Shown piece by piece: positions 20,740 to 31,795 of a stretch of DNA of 64,000 nt (positions within the stretch are counted from its first letter, which is position 1; each line of letters starts with the position of its first letter). Source of the stretch: an uncultured delta proteobacterium. GTDB lineage: Bacteria > Desulfobacterota > Binatia > UTPRO1. The stretch spans positions 341,579-405,578 of the forward strand of contig CAWJUT010000025.1 in the NCBI GenBank assembly GCA_963846105.1. Reading direction: 5' to 3'. The notes beneath the pieces were generated by a model that worked only from the letters and a program-made list of their open reading frames with translations, was not told the origin of the DNA and searched no databases. Position numbers and translations under genes: made by a program.

Positions 20740-23147
20740 ACCCCCGTGAAGCCGGGCGCCAGGCCGCCGATCGCCGCCTCCATGCATGCCCGTGTCGCCG
20801 CGACGGTGCCGCTCGTCGCGCAGCCGGCGAGACCGCTCAAGTCGTCGCAGCTCGCGATCCGCGCTTCCGCTTTCGCGGCCGCTTTGGCGATGTCGCCGTC
20901 GGGGTCGGTGGCGCAGTCGACGACCGGATCGTTCGCGCCCGTTTGGTTCGCCTCCTCGCATTTCGCGAGCGTCCGCGTCCACCCGTTCGCGAGACCCGTC
21001 GCGGCCTTCGAAAGCGCGTGCTGGCACGACTGCGCCGCTCCCGGCAGCGTCGCCGGCACGGCCGGCGGACGCACGCCGTAGGCGGCTTCGAGCGTCTCCG
21101 CGCCGAGAGCCTCGGCCATGCAGACCGCGCACGACGCCAGGTCGTTCATGTCGAACAGCGACGTCGTCGGCGCACGGGACCGGGCAGGTCGCGCCGTGGC
21201 CGAGCGTGATCGGCGTCAGGTTGCTGCCCGCGCAGCGCCGATCCTTCAAGCCGCCGATCTTCTCGCGGAGCTTGGTCTCGGCGGCGGCGATGCGCGCGTC
21301 GCGCCCGATGGCGTCGCAGGTGAGACCCGACGCTTCGGTCTGCGTAGCACTTCGCCCACTCCTTCAGGTACTTCGTGCGCAGACGCTGGTGCAGGCGTGC
21401 GAGCGTCTTGTGGCAGCGGTTCACGGCGGTCGCGTCCGACTCGACGAAGGCGTGCGCCATCGCGACCGGCTCGGACTTGTTGTGTTGGTCCCACAGGTCG
21501 AAGAGCACGTTGCCGGCGGCGGTGGTGACGTTCTCGTCGCGCAGGAACTCGACGTACTCGCGCGACGCCGTCTGGTAGTAGAGCGTCACCTCGGCCTGCA
21601 CCGCGGACGGTCCCACCGGGTAGACCGCCTCGTCCCAGTACTGCCCGTCGGCGTAGGTCGCGCCGACCGGCTCGCCGTCGAACGCCTCGAAGGCGGCGTT
21701 GGTGAAGCCGCGCGGCGGGATGCGGTTGTCCTTCACGCGGACGTTGTTCAGCACCAGATGGAGGCTCGGTCCCGCGGGCTGCCCGAAGAGCGCGGCGACG
21801 GTCGGGCTCATGCCGTGCATCGTCTCCCACACGTGCAGGTAGGGATCGTAGTCGGCGTCCATCGGCACGGCGTCGTAGCCGAGCAGATCGGCGGTGGCGA
21901 AGACGTAGCGCCCGGACTCGAAGACGACGGCGCGCTCGGCGTCGAACGCGCGCACGTGCAGCCACATGCGCCGGCCGTCCGGGTAGCCGGTCGGCAGCTT
22001 GTGGCCGGTCTCGTTCGTGACGCGCACCGTCAACGTGCCGCCCGCGAGCGTCAGCGAGAGCGTCGCGGCCTTGCGGAGCATGCTTCGGTCGCCTTGGCGA
22101 CGGTCTCCTGCAAGAGCGCCGCGTCCACCTCGCCGCCGAACGCGGGATGGTGCGGCAGGACGTCGGGAATGAAGGTGTTGCCGCCGACGAAGTCGTGCAG
22201 CGGCACGTCGTCGCGCACGGTGCCCGCGGTCGGCGTCGTTGCCGTCGACGGCCGGCATGTGGCAGTCCTGGCAGGTCGAGACGACGGTCGCGGTTGCGGC
22301 CGAACTGCGGCGCCGAGACGCCGGTCGCCGCGTACTCGCTCGCCGCCCACTCGTCGTAGGTCGACTGCTCGGGGAAGCCGAGCGTCGGATCGCCCGGCGT
22401 GTCGAGGGCGTTGAGCTCGTACTCGCCGCAGCATGTTGCGGGTGAACGCCGGATTGCGGACGTTGTGGCAGGTGCCGCACATGTCGGCGCTGCGATGGAA
22501 CGGCGAGACGAGTGTCTCCGCCGTCGGCTGGTGCGGATCGAAGCCGAGGTCGGCGATGACGTCGAAGGGTCCGCGCAGGCGGTCGAGCGGATCGATCACC
22601 ATCATCGCCGAGCCGAGCGTCGGCACCGGTGCCGTGAGCGCCGCGAGGATCGCGGCGTCCTCGGGCGGGTTCTCGGCGGCCGCGAACGGATCGACCAGGC
22701 GATGGCAGACGCGGCACTGGACGCCGTGGCGATCGTCGGCGGTCATCGCCGAGCCGTCCTCGGGCACGGAGCGTCCCTCGAGCCAGCCCTTCGGGTAGAT
22801 GGCAGCGCAGGCAGGTCTCGCCGGAGTGCGGCGAGGTCCTGGTTGGCGACCGCGAGCGCCGCCAACATCAGCGGATCGCGCCCGGACTGCGCCATCATCG
22901 AGCCCTGCCAGCCGCGGAACGGCTCGACGGCTGGCAAGCCGTAGTTGGCGTGGCACGGGGTGCAGGTTCGACGGCGCGAGGAAGTTGTCGGTGATGGTGA
23001 GCGGCTGCGTGCCGGGCAGGTCGGAAATCGTTGATCGTGGTGGGGTAGGGCGCAGCGCCGGCGACGCTCGCGACGGCGAGGAGAGAAGAAGGGCGGGGAG
23101 CGCCGTCAGCGCTCCCCGCGCTCCTGGGTCCGGTGGTGGTCGTCATG
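20727..23147 (-). CDS. Secreted multiheme c-type cytochrome with at least 4 CxxCH motifs and a C-terminal Cys-rich module (three or more frameshifts)
   Basis: N-terminus MTTTTGPRSAGSADGAPRPSSLLAVASVAGAAPYPTT at 23147. Heme motifs CTPCH, CRVCH, CGTCH and CQDCH occur in three different frames (22743..22937, 22051..22956, 21146..22717). Other motifs: FRGWQGSMMAQSGRDPLMLAALAVANQD and TNETGHKLPTGYPDGRRMWLHV. C-terminal CHKTLARLHQRLRTKYLKEWAKC plus ORF 20727..21149. Confidence 0.55.
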
Positions 23148-23163
23148 CCTTGCACGGCAGAGG

Positions 23164-25116
23164 ACGACTGCCCTGCTTACGGGCAGTCGTTGTCTGCGAG
23201 GAGCGCGCTGCTGAACGTCACGTTGCCGTCGAAGCAGTTGCCGTGATCGACGCCGCAGGCGCCGCCGGGGCACTCGGAGCCGTCGGCGCACGCGGCGCCG
23301 TCGTTGCTGCCGCCCACGCAGCGACTCCTCGAAGATCACGAACAGCAGATCCGCGGAGAGCGGCGTGTCGTTCGGCGGCGTGGTGTCCGGGGCCTGCGGC
23401 GTTGAACTGCAGGATGTTGTCGAACACGTCGTTGTCGAAGGAGGCCTGATCGGGGCTCGTGGGACTGAAGACCGGCGAGCCGGCGAGCGCGTTGATCGCC
23501 TCCTGGTCGACGACCGCGAGGCCGAACGAGTTGTTGTTGGTGATGATGTTGTGGTGGATGCTCGTCGTGTCGGTCGAGAGCATGAGCATGCCGGTGCCGT
23601 CGGGGATGAGGCCGACGGTGCCGCTGCCGACGTTCACGATGTTGTTCGCGATCGAGACGTTGTTGAAGATCTCGTGGTCGTTCGAGAGCTGCACCGGCAG
23701 GCCGGGCAGCTTGAAGATCAGGATGCCGCCGGCTGTTGCCCGTCGCGTAGTTGTTGTGGACGCTGGCGTTCGCCGAGTTCTCGATCTCGATGCCCGGCAG
23801 GGCTGGCGGTCGCCGTGTTGAAGCGCAGCGTGATGTCGGTCGACTGGCCGACGTAGATCGCGGCGTCGAGGACGTCGGTCGCGAAGCAACCCTCGACGAG
23901 GACGTCGTCACTCTCGACCGGGAAGATCGCATAGGTGGAGTTGGCGTTGCCGTCGCCGATGATGTCGCGGAACGACACGCCGAGCGCGCCCTGCACGAAG
24001 ATGCCGTTGTCGTCCCAATCGAAGACCTCGAGGCTCTGGAAGTGGAGCCCGTTCACGCCCGCCGCGAAGATGCCGTTGGAGTCGGGAGGCGTGCCCGGCG
24101 GAATGATGCGCGGCCGGTCGCCGGTCGCGCCGCCGCAGCCGACGATCTGGAGGTTGTCCTGGCCGACGTTGATCGTGATCTCCTCGGCATAGTCGCCGGA
24201 CCCGAGCAGGATCTTGTCACCGGCCGTGGCGCCGCTCACCGCCGTGCCGAGCGCACCGGGTCCGTTGGCGACGAACGTCCCGGTCTCGCCGTACTGCTGC
24301 CCGACGGTGTCGAGGGCGCGTGTCCAGCCCTCGCAGACGACGCACGCCTGGAGGCCGGGGATCGTATTGTGACCGGCGCACGAGAAGATGGTGTCGAGCG
24401 CGCCGAAGAGCTGGGCTTGCTCGCAACCGCCGGCGACCTTGGCTTCCGCTTTCTCCTGGAGCTTGGCGAGCTTCTCGGCGGCCTTCGAGGTCGGTCGGGG
24501 GAACGAACGAGCCTCCCGACCACCCACCGATGCAGATCGGCGCCAGATTGCCCGCCGTGCCGAGCTTCATCTGGTTGTCGAGGCACTTGCTGATCGTCTT
24601 GATCGCGCCGATCGTGTACTTGATGCCTTCGCCCTGGATCTTCTTGATGCAGGTCGCTCTGCCGGGCTCGTTCGAGTACTGCGCCGGCGTGCCGGTCAGG
24701 ATGCCGAGCAGGACGTCGGCGGTCGCGTTGTGCTGTGACAGCATGCAGGTGCCGATGACGCTGTCGTCGGTGAGGCCCGAATAGGAGGAAGTAAGACCTC
24801 CCTGGACGGTGTCGTCGCCGCAGTCGGCCGCGATCTTCTCCGCCGCCTTCAAGACCGGCTTCTCGATCTTGGTGACGTCGTCGGGCTCGGGGCAGAGGCC
24901 CGGAACGCCTTGCAGCATGCACTTGCCGAGGGTCTTGAGCTTGGTCTTGTAGAACTTGGTCGCCACCTTGGCGATCGTCTTCTGACACTTCACCGAGCCC
25001 GGATCGGCGCTGAAGATGGCTGGCGCCGTGCTGTCGGGACACGTGGCGAGAGCGAAGGCGCTGGCGGGCATCGCAAGGACGGCGGCCAGGCTGACGGCCA
25101 GGGCGGAACGGCTCAT
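23164..25116 (-). CDS. Secreted right-handed beta-helix protein with an N-terminal C-x-K-x-I...LK-x4-C module (frameshifted)
   Basis: Signal peptide MSRSALAVSLAAVLAMPASAFA. CQKTIAKVATKFYKTKLKTLGKC. Beta-helix repeats GDYAEEITINVGQDNLQIVG, NNIVNVGSGTVGLIPDG and HHNIITNNNSFGLAVVD. Spans frames 24217..25116, 23718..24527 and 23218..23889. Confidence 0.6.
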
Positions 25117-25364
25117 GGGGAATCCTCCTCTTCGTGGAATCGGCGGTTGGCTTCGGCACCACTGGCGGCACGGCAGAGAGGGGCACCAGTAGTAGGCACA
25201 TAGCGTAGATGCTCGGTCGCTGTAAAGGTGTGGCGTTCGTTGGCAGGCGGCTTTCGCGTCAGTTGAAGGGTCACAGGTCCGCAGCGGCGGCGGCCGCGTC
25301 GAAAAAGGTGGAACCGACGCTAGCGCCCGTGCTATGGCCCATGCTCTCAGAGGAGGTCCCCCTC

Positions 25365-26972
25365 ATGCCGTCCTTCTCGATCGTTGCCGCCGTCACGTTT
25401 GCGCTCGTCGTCGCGTTGGTCCGTCCCGCCGGCGCCGACTTCCCGCCCGGATTTCTCTGGGGGACCGCGATCAGCGGCTTCCAGACCGAGATGGGAGTCG
25501 ATCCCGCGAACGACGATACCAACAGCGACTGGTGGGCCTGGGTCCACGATCCCGACAACCTCGCGAACGACTGGGTGAGCGGCGACTTCCCCGAGGACGG
25601 TCCCGGATTCTTGTCGCGTTACGCTGACGACCTCCATCTCGTACGGCGACGCGTCAAAGTCACCACCTTTCGCCTCGGCCTCGAATGGAGCCGGATCTTT
25701 CCCACCTCGACCGCCGGTGTCGACACGTCGGGCGGCATCACGCTGGCGACGCTGCAGCAACTCGACGCGCTCGCCGATCAGACCGAGGTCGCGCGCTATC
25801 GCGCCATCCTCGCGGCGATCCACGCCGAGGGCATGGTGCCGTTCGTGACCCTGCTGCACTACGTGATGCCGCTCTGGGCTCACGATCCGATCGCGGTCCG
25901 CGACGCCCTGAGTGGAATCGACCCCGAAGCGCCGATCCCCGGGGGCATCGGCCCCGCGGGCTGGCTGGACGCCGGCCTGGTCACCGAGTTCGAGAAGTAC
26001 GCCGCCTACGTCGGCTGGAAGTTCGGCGATCTCGCCGACCGCTGGGCGCCGCTCAACGAGCCGGTGCCCGTGGCCGCGAGCGGCTACGCGAACATCCCGG
26101 ACGTCCTGGCGACATTCTTTCCTCCAGGGGTCTTCACCTTCACTGGGATCATTGCCGTGCTGACCAACGAGATCGAAGGGCACGCCGCCGCCTATGACGC
26201 GCTCAAGGCGTGGGACACCGCCGACGCCGACGGCGACAGCGTGCTGTGCGAGGTCGGCCCGGTGCACAACATGGTCGCCTTCGAGCCTCTCCGGAACAAC
26301 AATCCCGACGACATCCTCGGCGCGCAGCACGCCGACTATCTCTTCAACCGTCTCTTCTTGAACTCCATCATTCTCGGGCAGACCGACCCGAACGCGAACG
26401 GCATCCTCGATCCGGGTGAGTCGCGGCCCGACCTCGTCGGCAAAGCCGACTTCGTCGGCGTCAACTACTACTTCCGCGGCAAGACCCTCGGCATCGGCGG
26501 GTCGCCCACCCCGACGATCCCGATCTTCGATTTCCTCCCGATCACCAGCTACAGCACGCCGGAAAACCCCACGACCAACCCCTGTCCGTCGCGCTGCACC
26601 GAATTCGGATGGGAGATCTATCCGCAAGGGCTCGGCGAGGTGCTGACGACGGCGGGAAGCTATGGCCTTCCTCTCTATGTGACCGAGAACGGTCTCGCCG
26701 ACGCCGACGACGATCAACGCGCGTCGTTCCTGGTGCAGCACCTCGTCGTGCTCGAGAACGCGATCGCGAACGGCCTCGACGTGCGCGGCTACTTCCACTG
26801 GAGCTTCATCGACAACTACGAATGGGTCTCGGGTTACTTCCCTCGTTTCGGTCTCTTTCGCTACGACCCGGACCGCCTGAGACCCAAGGCACGCCGCAGC
26901 GCGAACACCTACAAGAGGATCATCAGGAAGAACGCGGTCCCGCCGCGGCTTGCTCTGCGCTACCCGTTCTGA
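25365..26972 (+). CDS. Glycoside hydrolase family 1 (beta-glucosidase/beta-glycosidase), secreted
   Basis: AGGAGG RBS then ATG at 25365. Signal peptide. FPPGFLWGTAISGFQTEMG, FRLGLEWSRIFP, LNEP (acid/base) and YVTENGLAD (nucleophile). Confidence 0.85.
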   Translation: MPSFSIVAAVTFALVVALVRPAGADFPPGFLWGTAISGFQTEMGVDPANDDTNSDWWAWVHDPDNLANDWVSGDFPEDGPGFLSRYADDLHLVRRRVKVTTFRLGLEWSRIFPTSTAGVDTSGGITLATLQQLDALADQTEVARYRAILAAIHAEGMVPFVTLLHYVMPLWAHDPIAVRDALSGIDPEAPIPGGIGPAGWLDAGLVTEFEKYAAYVGWKFGDLADRWAPLNEPVPVAASGYANIPDVLATFFPPGVFTFTGIIAVLTNEIEGHAAAYDALKAWDTADADGDSVLCEVGPVHNMVAFEPLRNNNPDDILGAQHADYLFNRLFLNSIILGQTDPNANGILDPGESRPDLVGKADFVGVNYYFRGKTLGIGGSPTPTIPIFDFLPITSYSTPENPTTNPCPSRCTEFGWEIYPQGLGEVLTTAGSYGLPLYVTENGLADADDDQRASFLVQHLVVLENAIANGLDVRGYFHWSFIDNYEWVSGYFPRFGLFRYDPDRLRPKARRSANTYKRIIRKNAVPPRLALRYPF

Positions 26973-27035
26973 GTCGATTTCGTTTGACCCACGCCGCGCC
27001 AATGCGGCAGCATCGGCGCGAGGAGAGATCGAGCC

Positions 27036-28148
27036 ATGCATGACCGTCGACGCGGCCTGACCCCGCTCGTGTTCGCCATCGCAGCGACGTTCGCCACCGC
27101 CGCAAACGTCCACGCGTTCTCCGGGGGCATCACGACCTTCAGCTTCGGCGCCGGCGGATGCAACTCGTGTCACTTCGGCGGCACGATCCCGACAGTGATG
27201 CTGACCGGGCCGACGACGGTGCTGCCGAGCTCGTCCAACGAGTTCACGTTCCAGGTCTTCGAGGTCGGGTCGCAGACGCATGCCGGTCTCAACGTGTCGG
27301 CGCTCGACGGCGTGCTCACCACCGGCGGCGGCAACTCCGCCAACACCCAGGTGCTGGTCGGAACGGGCTCGCGCAACGAGATCACGCATACGGGGCCCAA
27401 GATGGCGGCCGCGGGTGTCACGACGTTCTCCTTCTTCTGGACGGCGCCGGCCTCGTTCAACAACATATCGCTGAACGCGTGGGGAAACGCGGTCAACTTC
27501 AATGGCACTTCCGCGGGGGACGCCGCGCAGTTCGCCAGCCTGGAAGTACTGAACGCGCTCGGCACCACAACGCCGACGCCCACTCCGACGGCGACGCCGC
27601 TCACCTGCGACGCGGCGCCGATTGCCGGCTGCCGGACGCCCGCCATCGGGCAGAAGGCGTTCCTGCTCTTGAAGGATCAGCCCGACGACAACAAGGACAA
27701 GCTCATCTGGAAGTGGATCAAGGGCTCGGCGACGGCGAAGGTGCCGGACTTCGGAACGCCGCTCACGACCACCGACTACCTCCTCTGCGTCTACGACGGC
27801 ACGTCGACCAAGATCGCGGAGGGGCTCGCACCGGCCAATGGTCTCTGCAACGCCTCGAACCCGACCGCCTGCTGGTCCGACAAGCCGACCGGCTTCAAGT
27901 ACAAGGACAAGGATCTCACGCCCCACGGCTTGCAGCAGATCCTGCTCAAGGAGGGGTTGGTCGAGAAGGCGAAGATCATCGTCAAAGGGAAGGGCCTGAA
28001 TCTGGATATGCCGTCCATGCCGGTCACACAGCCGCTCACCGTTCAACTGAGGAACGGCGCCGGCGTCTGCTGGGAGGCGGTGTACAGCTCGCCGGCGATC
28101 AAGAACGAGATGGGGCCGCCGGGCTTCTTCAAGGACAAGGCCGACTGA
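27036..28148 (+). CDS. Secreted protein: N-terminal monoheme (CxxCH) beta-sandwich-like domain, PT linker, and the shared ~165-aa C-terminal domain
   Basis: Signal peptide LTPLVFAIAATFATAANVHA. GCNSCHFGG. TTTPTPTPTATP linker. C-terminus CRTPAIGQKAFLLLKDQPDDNKDKLIWKWIKG...LCVYD...PTACW...KGKGLNLDMP...VQLRNGAGVCW...FFKDKAD. Confidence 0.6.
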   Translation: MHDRRRGLTPLVFAIAATFATAANVHAFSGGITTFSFGAGGCNSCHFGGTIPTVMLTGPTTVLPSSSNEFTFQVFEVGSQTHAGLNVSALDGVLTTGGGNSANTQVLVGTGSRNEITHTGPKMAAAGVTTFSFFWTAPASFNNISLNAWGNAVNFNGTSAGDAAQFASLEVLNALGTTTPTPTPTATPLTCDAAPIAGCRTPAIGQKAFLLLKDQPDDNKDKLIWKWIKGSATAKVPDFGTPLTTTDYLLCVYDGTSTKIAEGLAPANGLCNASNPTACWSDKPTGFKYKDKDLTPHGLQQILLKEGLVEKAKIIVKGKGLNLDMPSMPVTQPLTVQLRNGAGVCWEAVYSSPAIKNEMGPPGFFKDKAD

Positions 28149-28184
28149 TATTGGCGGCAGCCGCGCGCGTCATGTCATGAGTAC

Positions 28185-29354
28185 GTGACCATGGCGCGCG
28201 CGGAGCTCGACGTCGATCTCTACGACGACGCGGCGATCGTCGATCCCTATCCGCTCTATCGCGAGATCCGCGACCGCGGGCCCGCGGTCTGGCTCTCGGC
28301 ACACGGCGCCTGGGCGATCGGACGCTTCCACGACGTCCGTGCCGCCTTGCTCGCGGACGCGCGGCTGATCTCCGGTCGCGGGGTCGCGATGAACGAGGTC
28401 GTGAACGGCCAGGTCTCCCGGGTGACGCTCACCACCGACGGCGACGTGCATCGGCAGTTGCGCGGCATCTTGATGAAGCCGATGACGCCGAGCGCGATCC
28501 GCGAGATCCAGGCCGAGGTCCAGCGGCTTGCCGATGAGCTCATCACGCGGCTGGCCGCCCGGGACTCGTTCGACGGCATCGCCGATCTCGCCCAGGAGCT
28601 GCCGGTCGCGGTGGTCTCGCATCTGGTGGGACTTCCGGACGACGGCCGACAGCGCATGCGGGCGTGGGCGGCGGCGACCTTCGACGCGCTCGGCGCCATG
28701 AACGCGCGCGCGGAAGGGGCGTTCGCGATGCTCATGGAGATGGTCGTGTACGCGCGCAAGCTCGAGCGGCGGCACCTGCGGCCCGACGGCTGGGCGGCAC
28801 GCTTGTTCGACGCCGCCGATCGGGGACTCGTCGACGCGGGCGACGTCCCCGGCATGTTGATCGACTACATCGCCCCGAGCCTCGACACGACGATTCTCGG
28901 CACCGGTCATCTCCTGTTCCAGCTCGGCCGGCATCCCGAGCAATGGGATCTCGTGCGCGCGCGTCCCGAGCTGATCGCGCGCGCCGTCGACGAGGCGCTG
29001 CGCTTCGAGACGCCGGTGCGGGCCTTCAGTCGCGTGTGCGCGGACGACTACGACGTCGACGGCACGCTGATCCCGGCCGGCGACCGGGTGCTCATCGTCT
29101 TCGCGTCGGCCAACCGTGACGAGCGTCGCTACGCCGATCCCGACCGCTTCGACGTCACGCGCGACGCCAAGGATCACGTCGGCTTCGGGCACGGGGTGCA
29201 CCGCTGTGCGGGCGCGTACGTGGCGCAGCTCGAGATGCAGTCGCTGCTGCGCGCCATGGCCGAGCGCGTGCGCCGCATCGAGGTCGCGGCGCCCGTCCTC
29301 GCCCTCAACAACGTGCTGCGCGGCTACCAGAGCTTCCGCGCGTCCTTCGGCTGA
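28185..29354 (+). CDS. Cytochrome P450
   Basis: Heme-binding loop FGHGVHRCAGAYVAQLE. ETLR and PxRF regions present. Confidence 0.9.
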   Translation: MTMARAELDVDLYDDAAIVDPYPLYREIRDRGPAVWLSAHGAWAIGRFHDVRAALLADARLISGRGVAMNEVVNGQVSRVTLTTDGDVHRQLRGILMKPMTPSAIREIQAEVQRLADELITRLAARDSFDGIADLAQELPVAVVSHLVGLPDDGRQRMRAWAAATFDALGAMNARAEGAFAMLMEMVVYARKLERRHLRPDGWAARLFDAADRGLVDAGDVPGMLIDYIAPSLDTTILGTGHLLFQLGRHPEQWDLVRARPELIARAVDEALRFETPVRAFSRVCADDYDVDGTLIPAGDRVLIVFASANRDERRYADPDRFDVTRDAKDHVGFGHGVHRCAGAYVAQLEMQSLLRAMAERVRRIEVAAPVLALNNVLRGYQSFRASFG

Positions 29355-29417
29355 GGGCGGGGTCGGTTGGCGACCGTTTGCTCGGCGCCGCCTTTCGGCA
29401 CATAAGCGTCAGACGCG

Positions 29418-30760
29418 ATGACGACGACGTTTCAGGAGTTCAAGCTCATTCCGGCGCTGACCGAGGCGGTGGCGGACATGGGCTACACCCGTCCGACGCC
29501 GATCCAGGCCGAAGCCATCCCGGTCGGCCTCGCCGGGCGCGATCTGATCGGCTGCGCGTCGACCGGCACCGGCAAGACCGCCGCCTTCCTGCTTCCGATC
29601 CTGCAGCGCATGCACACCGGCGCGCGCGGGAAGTGCCGCGCCCTCATCCTCTCGCCGACCCGCGAGCTGGCCATGCAGATCGACGAGCAGGCGCTGGCGA
29701 TCGGCTACCACGTCGGCATCACCGCGGTGTCGGTGGTGGGCGGCGTCGACATGCGGCCGCAGGAGCGCGCGCTGCGCGCCGGCGCGGAGCTGGTGGTGGC
29801 GACGCCGGGCCGCCTGCTCGACCACATGCGTTTCGACTACGTCGATTTCTCCGCCGTCGAGGTGCTGGTGCTCGACGAAGCGGATCGCATGCTCGACATG
29901 GGCTTCCTCCCCGACATCCGCCGCATTCTGCGCGCGCTTCCCGACCGAGCGACAGACGCTGATGTTCTCGGCGACGATGCCGCCCGAGATCCGGCATCTC
30001 GCGGGCGACATCCTGCGCGATCCCGTGACCGTCATGGTCGGGGAGTCAGAAGCCGGCGAGCGGCATCGTGCAGAGCGTCTACCCGGTGGCGCAGGAGCGC
30101 AAGGCGCCGCTCCTCACCACGCTGCTCAAGCGCGAGGCGATGCGCTCGGTGCTGGTGTTCGTCAAGCGCAAGGCGGATGCCGACCGCCTGGCGCGTACCG
30201 TCACCCGCAGCGGCGTGCCCGCGACCAGCATCCATTCCGACCGCCGTCAGGAGGATCGGATCGCGGCGCTCGAAGCGTTCCGGCGCGGGCAGTACCCGGT
30301 GCTGATCGCCACCGACGTGGCGGCGCGCGGCATCGACGTCGAGGGCATCTCGCACGTCGTCAACTTCGACGTCCCGTTCTCGCCCGACGACTACATCCAT
30401 CGCGGCGGCCGCACCGCGCGCGCCGGCGCGGTCGGCGAGGTGCTGACCTTCGTCACGCCCGAGGAAGAGCGCGATCTGCTCGCGATCGAGAAGACGATCG
30501 GCAGCACACTACCGCGCGTCATCGTGCCGAATTTCGATCACGGCACGCACGAGCACGTGCCACCGCCGACAGCGGGCTTCCACGACCGGCGGCGGAGTGG
30601 ACGCGGCGGGCGTGGACGTGAACGGGGGCGCGGCGCGCCCGCGCCCGCGACGCCGCACGCTGCGAGCACCGGTGACGGTGGCGCGCCGAGCCGTCCGCGG
30701 CGCCGGCGGCGGCGTGGCGGCCGGGGCGGCGCGACCAACGCCCCATCGGCGAAGGAGTAG
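29418..30760 (+). CDS. DEAD-box ATP-dependent RNA helicase with an Arg/Gly-rich C-terminal tail (two frameshifts)
   Basis: Q-motif, GTGKT (Walker A), VLDEADRMLDMGF (DEAD), SAT (ERLMFSATMP), HRGGRTARAG. Spans frames 29418..30305, 29962..30621 and 30068..30760. Confidence 0.8.
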
Positions 30761-30767
30761 TACCGCG

Positions 30768-31793
30768 ATGGCAGGTCGTCGATCGCGTGCGCCGCGCGGC
30801 GGGGCGCGACCTCTACGACATGTCGCCCGGCGCGGCCGGTCCCGCAAGACAGCCGCGCCAAAGCGCGCGCGCCCGCGCACGCCGCGCCGGCGCGAGACGG
30901 CCAGCGCGAAGCGCGCGCCGACCGTGCGGCTCGGTATCGTGCAGATGCGCTGCGGTCCGGATCCGCAACGCAACCTCGAGGTGGCGATGCGCCACGTTCG
31001 CGCCGCGGCGGCGCGCGGCGCGGAGATCGTCTGTCTCCCCGAGCTCTTCCGGTCGCAGTACTTCTGCCAGGCCGAGGATCACGCCAACTTCGCGCTCGCC
31101 GAGCCGGTTCCGGGACCGACGACGCACGTCCTCGGCGATCTCGCGCGCGAGCTCGGCGTGGTGATCGTGGCGTCGCTCTTCGAGCGCCGCGCCGCGGGCG
31201 TCTATCACAACACCGCCGCCGTGCTCGACGCCGACGGCGCCATGGTCGGCAAGTACCGCAAGATGCACATCCCGGACGACCCGCTCTACTACGAAAAGTT
31301 CTACTTCACGCCCGGCGATCTCGGGTTCCAGGCGTGGCGGACGCGCAAGGCGTGCGTCGGTACGCTGGTGTGCTGGGACCAGTGGTACCCCGAGGCGGCG
31401 CGCCTGACGGCGCTGCGCGGCGCCGAGATCATCGTCTACCCGACCGCGATCGGCTGGCATCCCGCGGAAAAAGCCGAGTACGGCCGCGCCCAGCACGCCG
31501 CGTGGGAGACGGTGCAGCGCGGCCACGCGATCGCCAACGGCGTGTTCGTCGCGGTGCCGAACCGTGTCGGACACGAGACCCCGGTCGGCGGTCCCGGCAT
31601 CGAGTTCTGGGGGCAGAGCTTCGTCGTCGATCCGACCGGACGCGTGCTGGCACGTGCCAGCACCGACCGCGAGCAGGTGCTGGTGGTGGCGTGCGACCTC
31701 GGCGCGCTCGACCAGGCACGGACGCACTGGCCCTTCCTGCGCGACCGCCGGGTCGACGCCTACGGCGACATCACCCGACGGCTGGTCGACTGA
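30768..31793 (+). CDS. aguB: N-carbamoylputrescine amidohydrolase (carbon-nitrogen hydrolase family)
   Basis: GAAGGAG RBS then ATG at 30768. Nitrilase-superfamily motifs: catalytic Cys in VGTLVCWDQWYPE, and E...K. Lies immediately upstream of an agmatine deiminase gene. Confidence 0.8.
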   Translation: MAGRRSRAPRGGARPLRHVARRGRSRKTAAPKRARPRTPRRRETASAKRAPTVRLGIVQMRCGPDPQRNLEVAMRHVRAAAARGAEIVCLPELFRSQYFCQAEDHANFALAEPVPGPTTHVLGDLARELGVVIVASLFERRAAGVYHNTAAVLDADGAMVGKYRKMHIPDDPLYYEKFYFTPGDLGFQAWRTRKACVGTLVCWDQWYPEAARLTALRGAEIIVYPTAIGWHPAEKAEYGRAQHAAWETVQRGHAIANGVFVAVPNRVGHETPVGGPGIEFWGQSFVVDPTGRVLARASTDREQVLVVACDLGALDQARTHWPFLRDRRVDAYGDITRRLVD

Positions 31794-31795
31794 CC

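Noticed and set aside
25347-28046. 899-aa ORF on the minus strand, antisense to the GH1 and monoheme genes. Similar long antisense ORFs occur at 270..1268, 7726..9255, 18190..19113, 32713..33591, 46814..48493
   Set aside because: These are typical shadow ORFs of a high-GC genome. They are Arg/Gly/Pro/Ala-rich with no recognisable motifs, while the sense strand carries clear domain signatures
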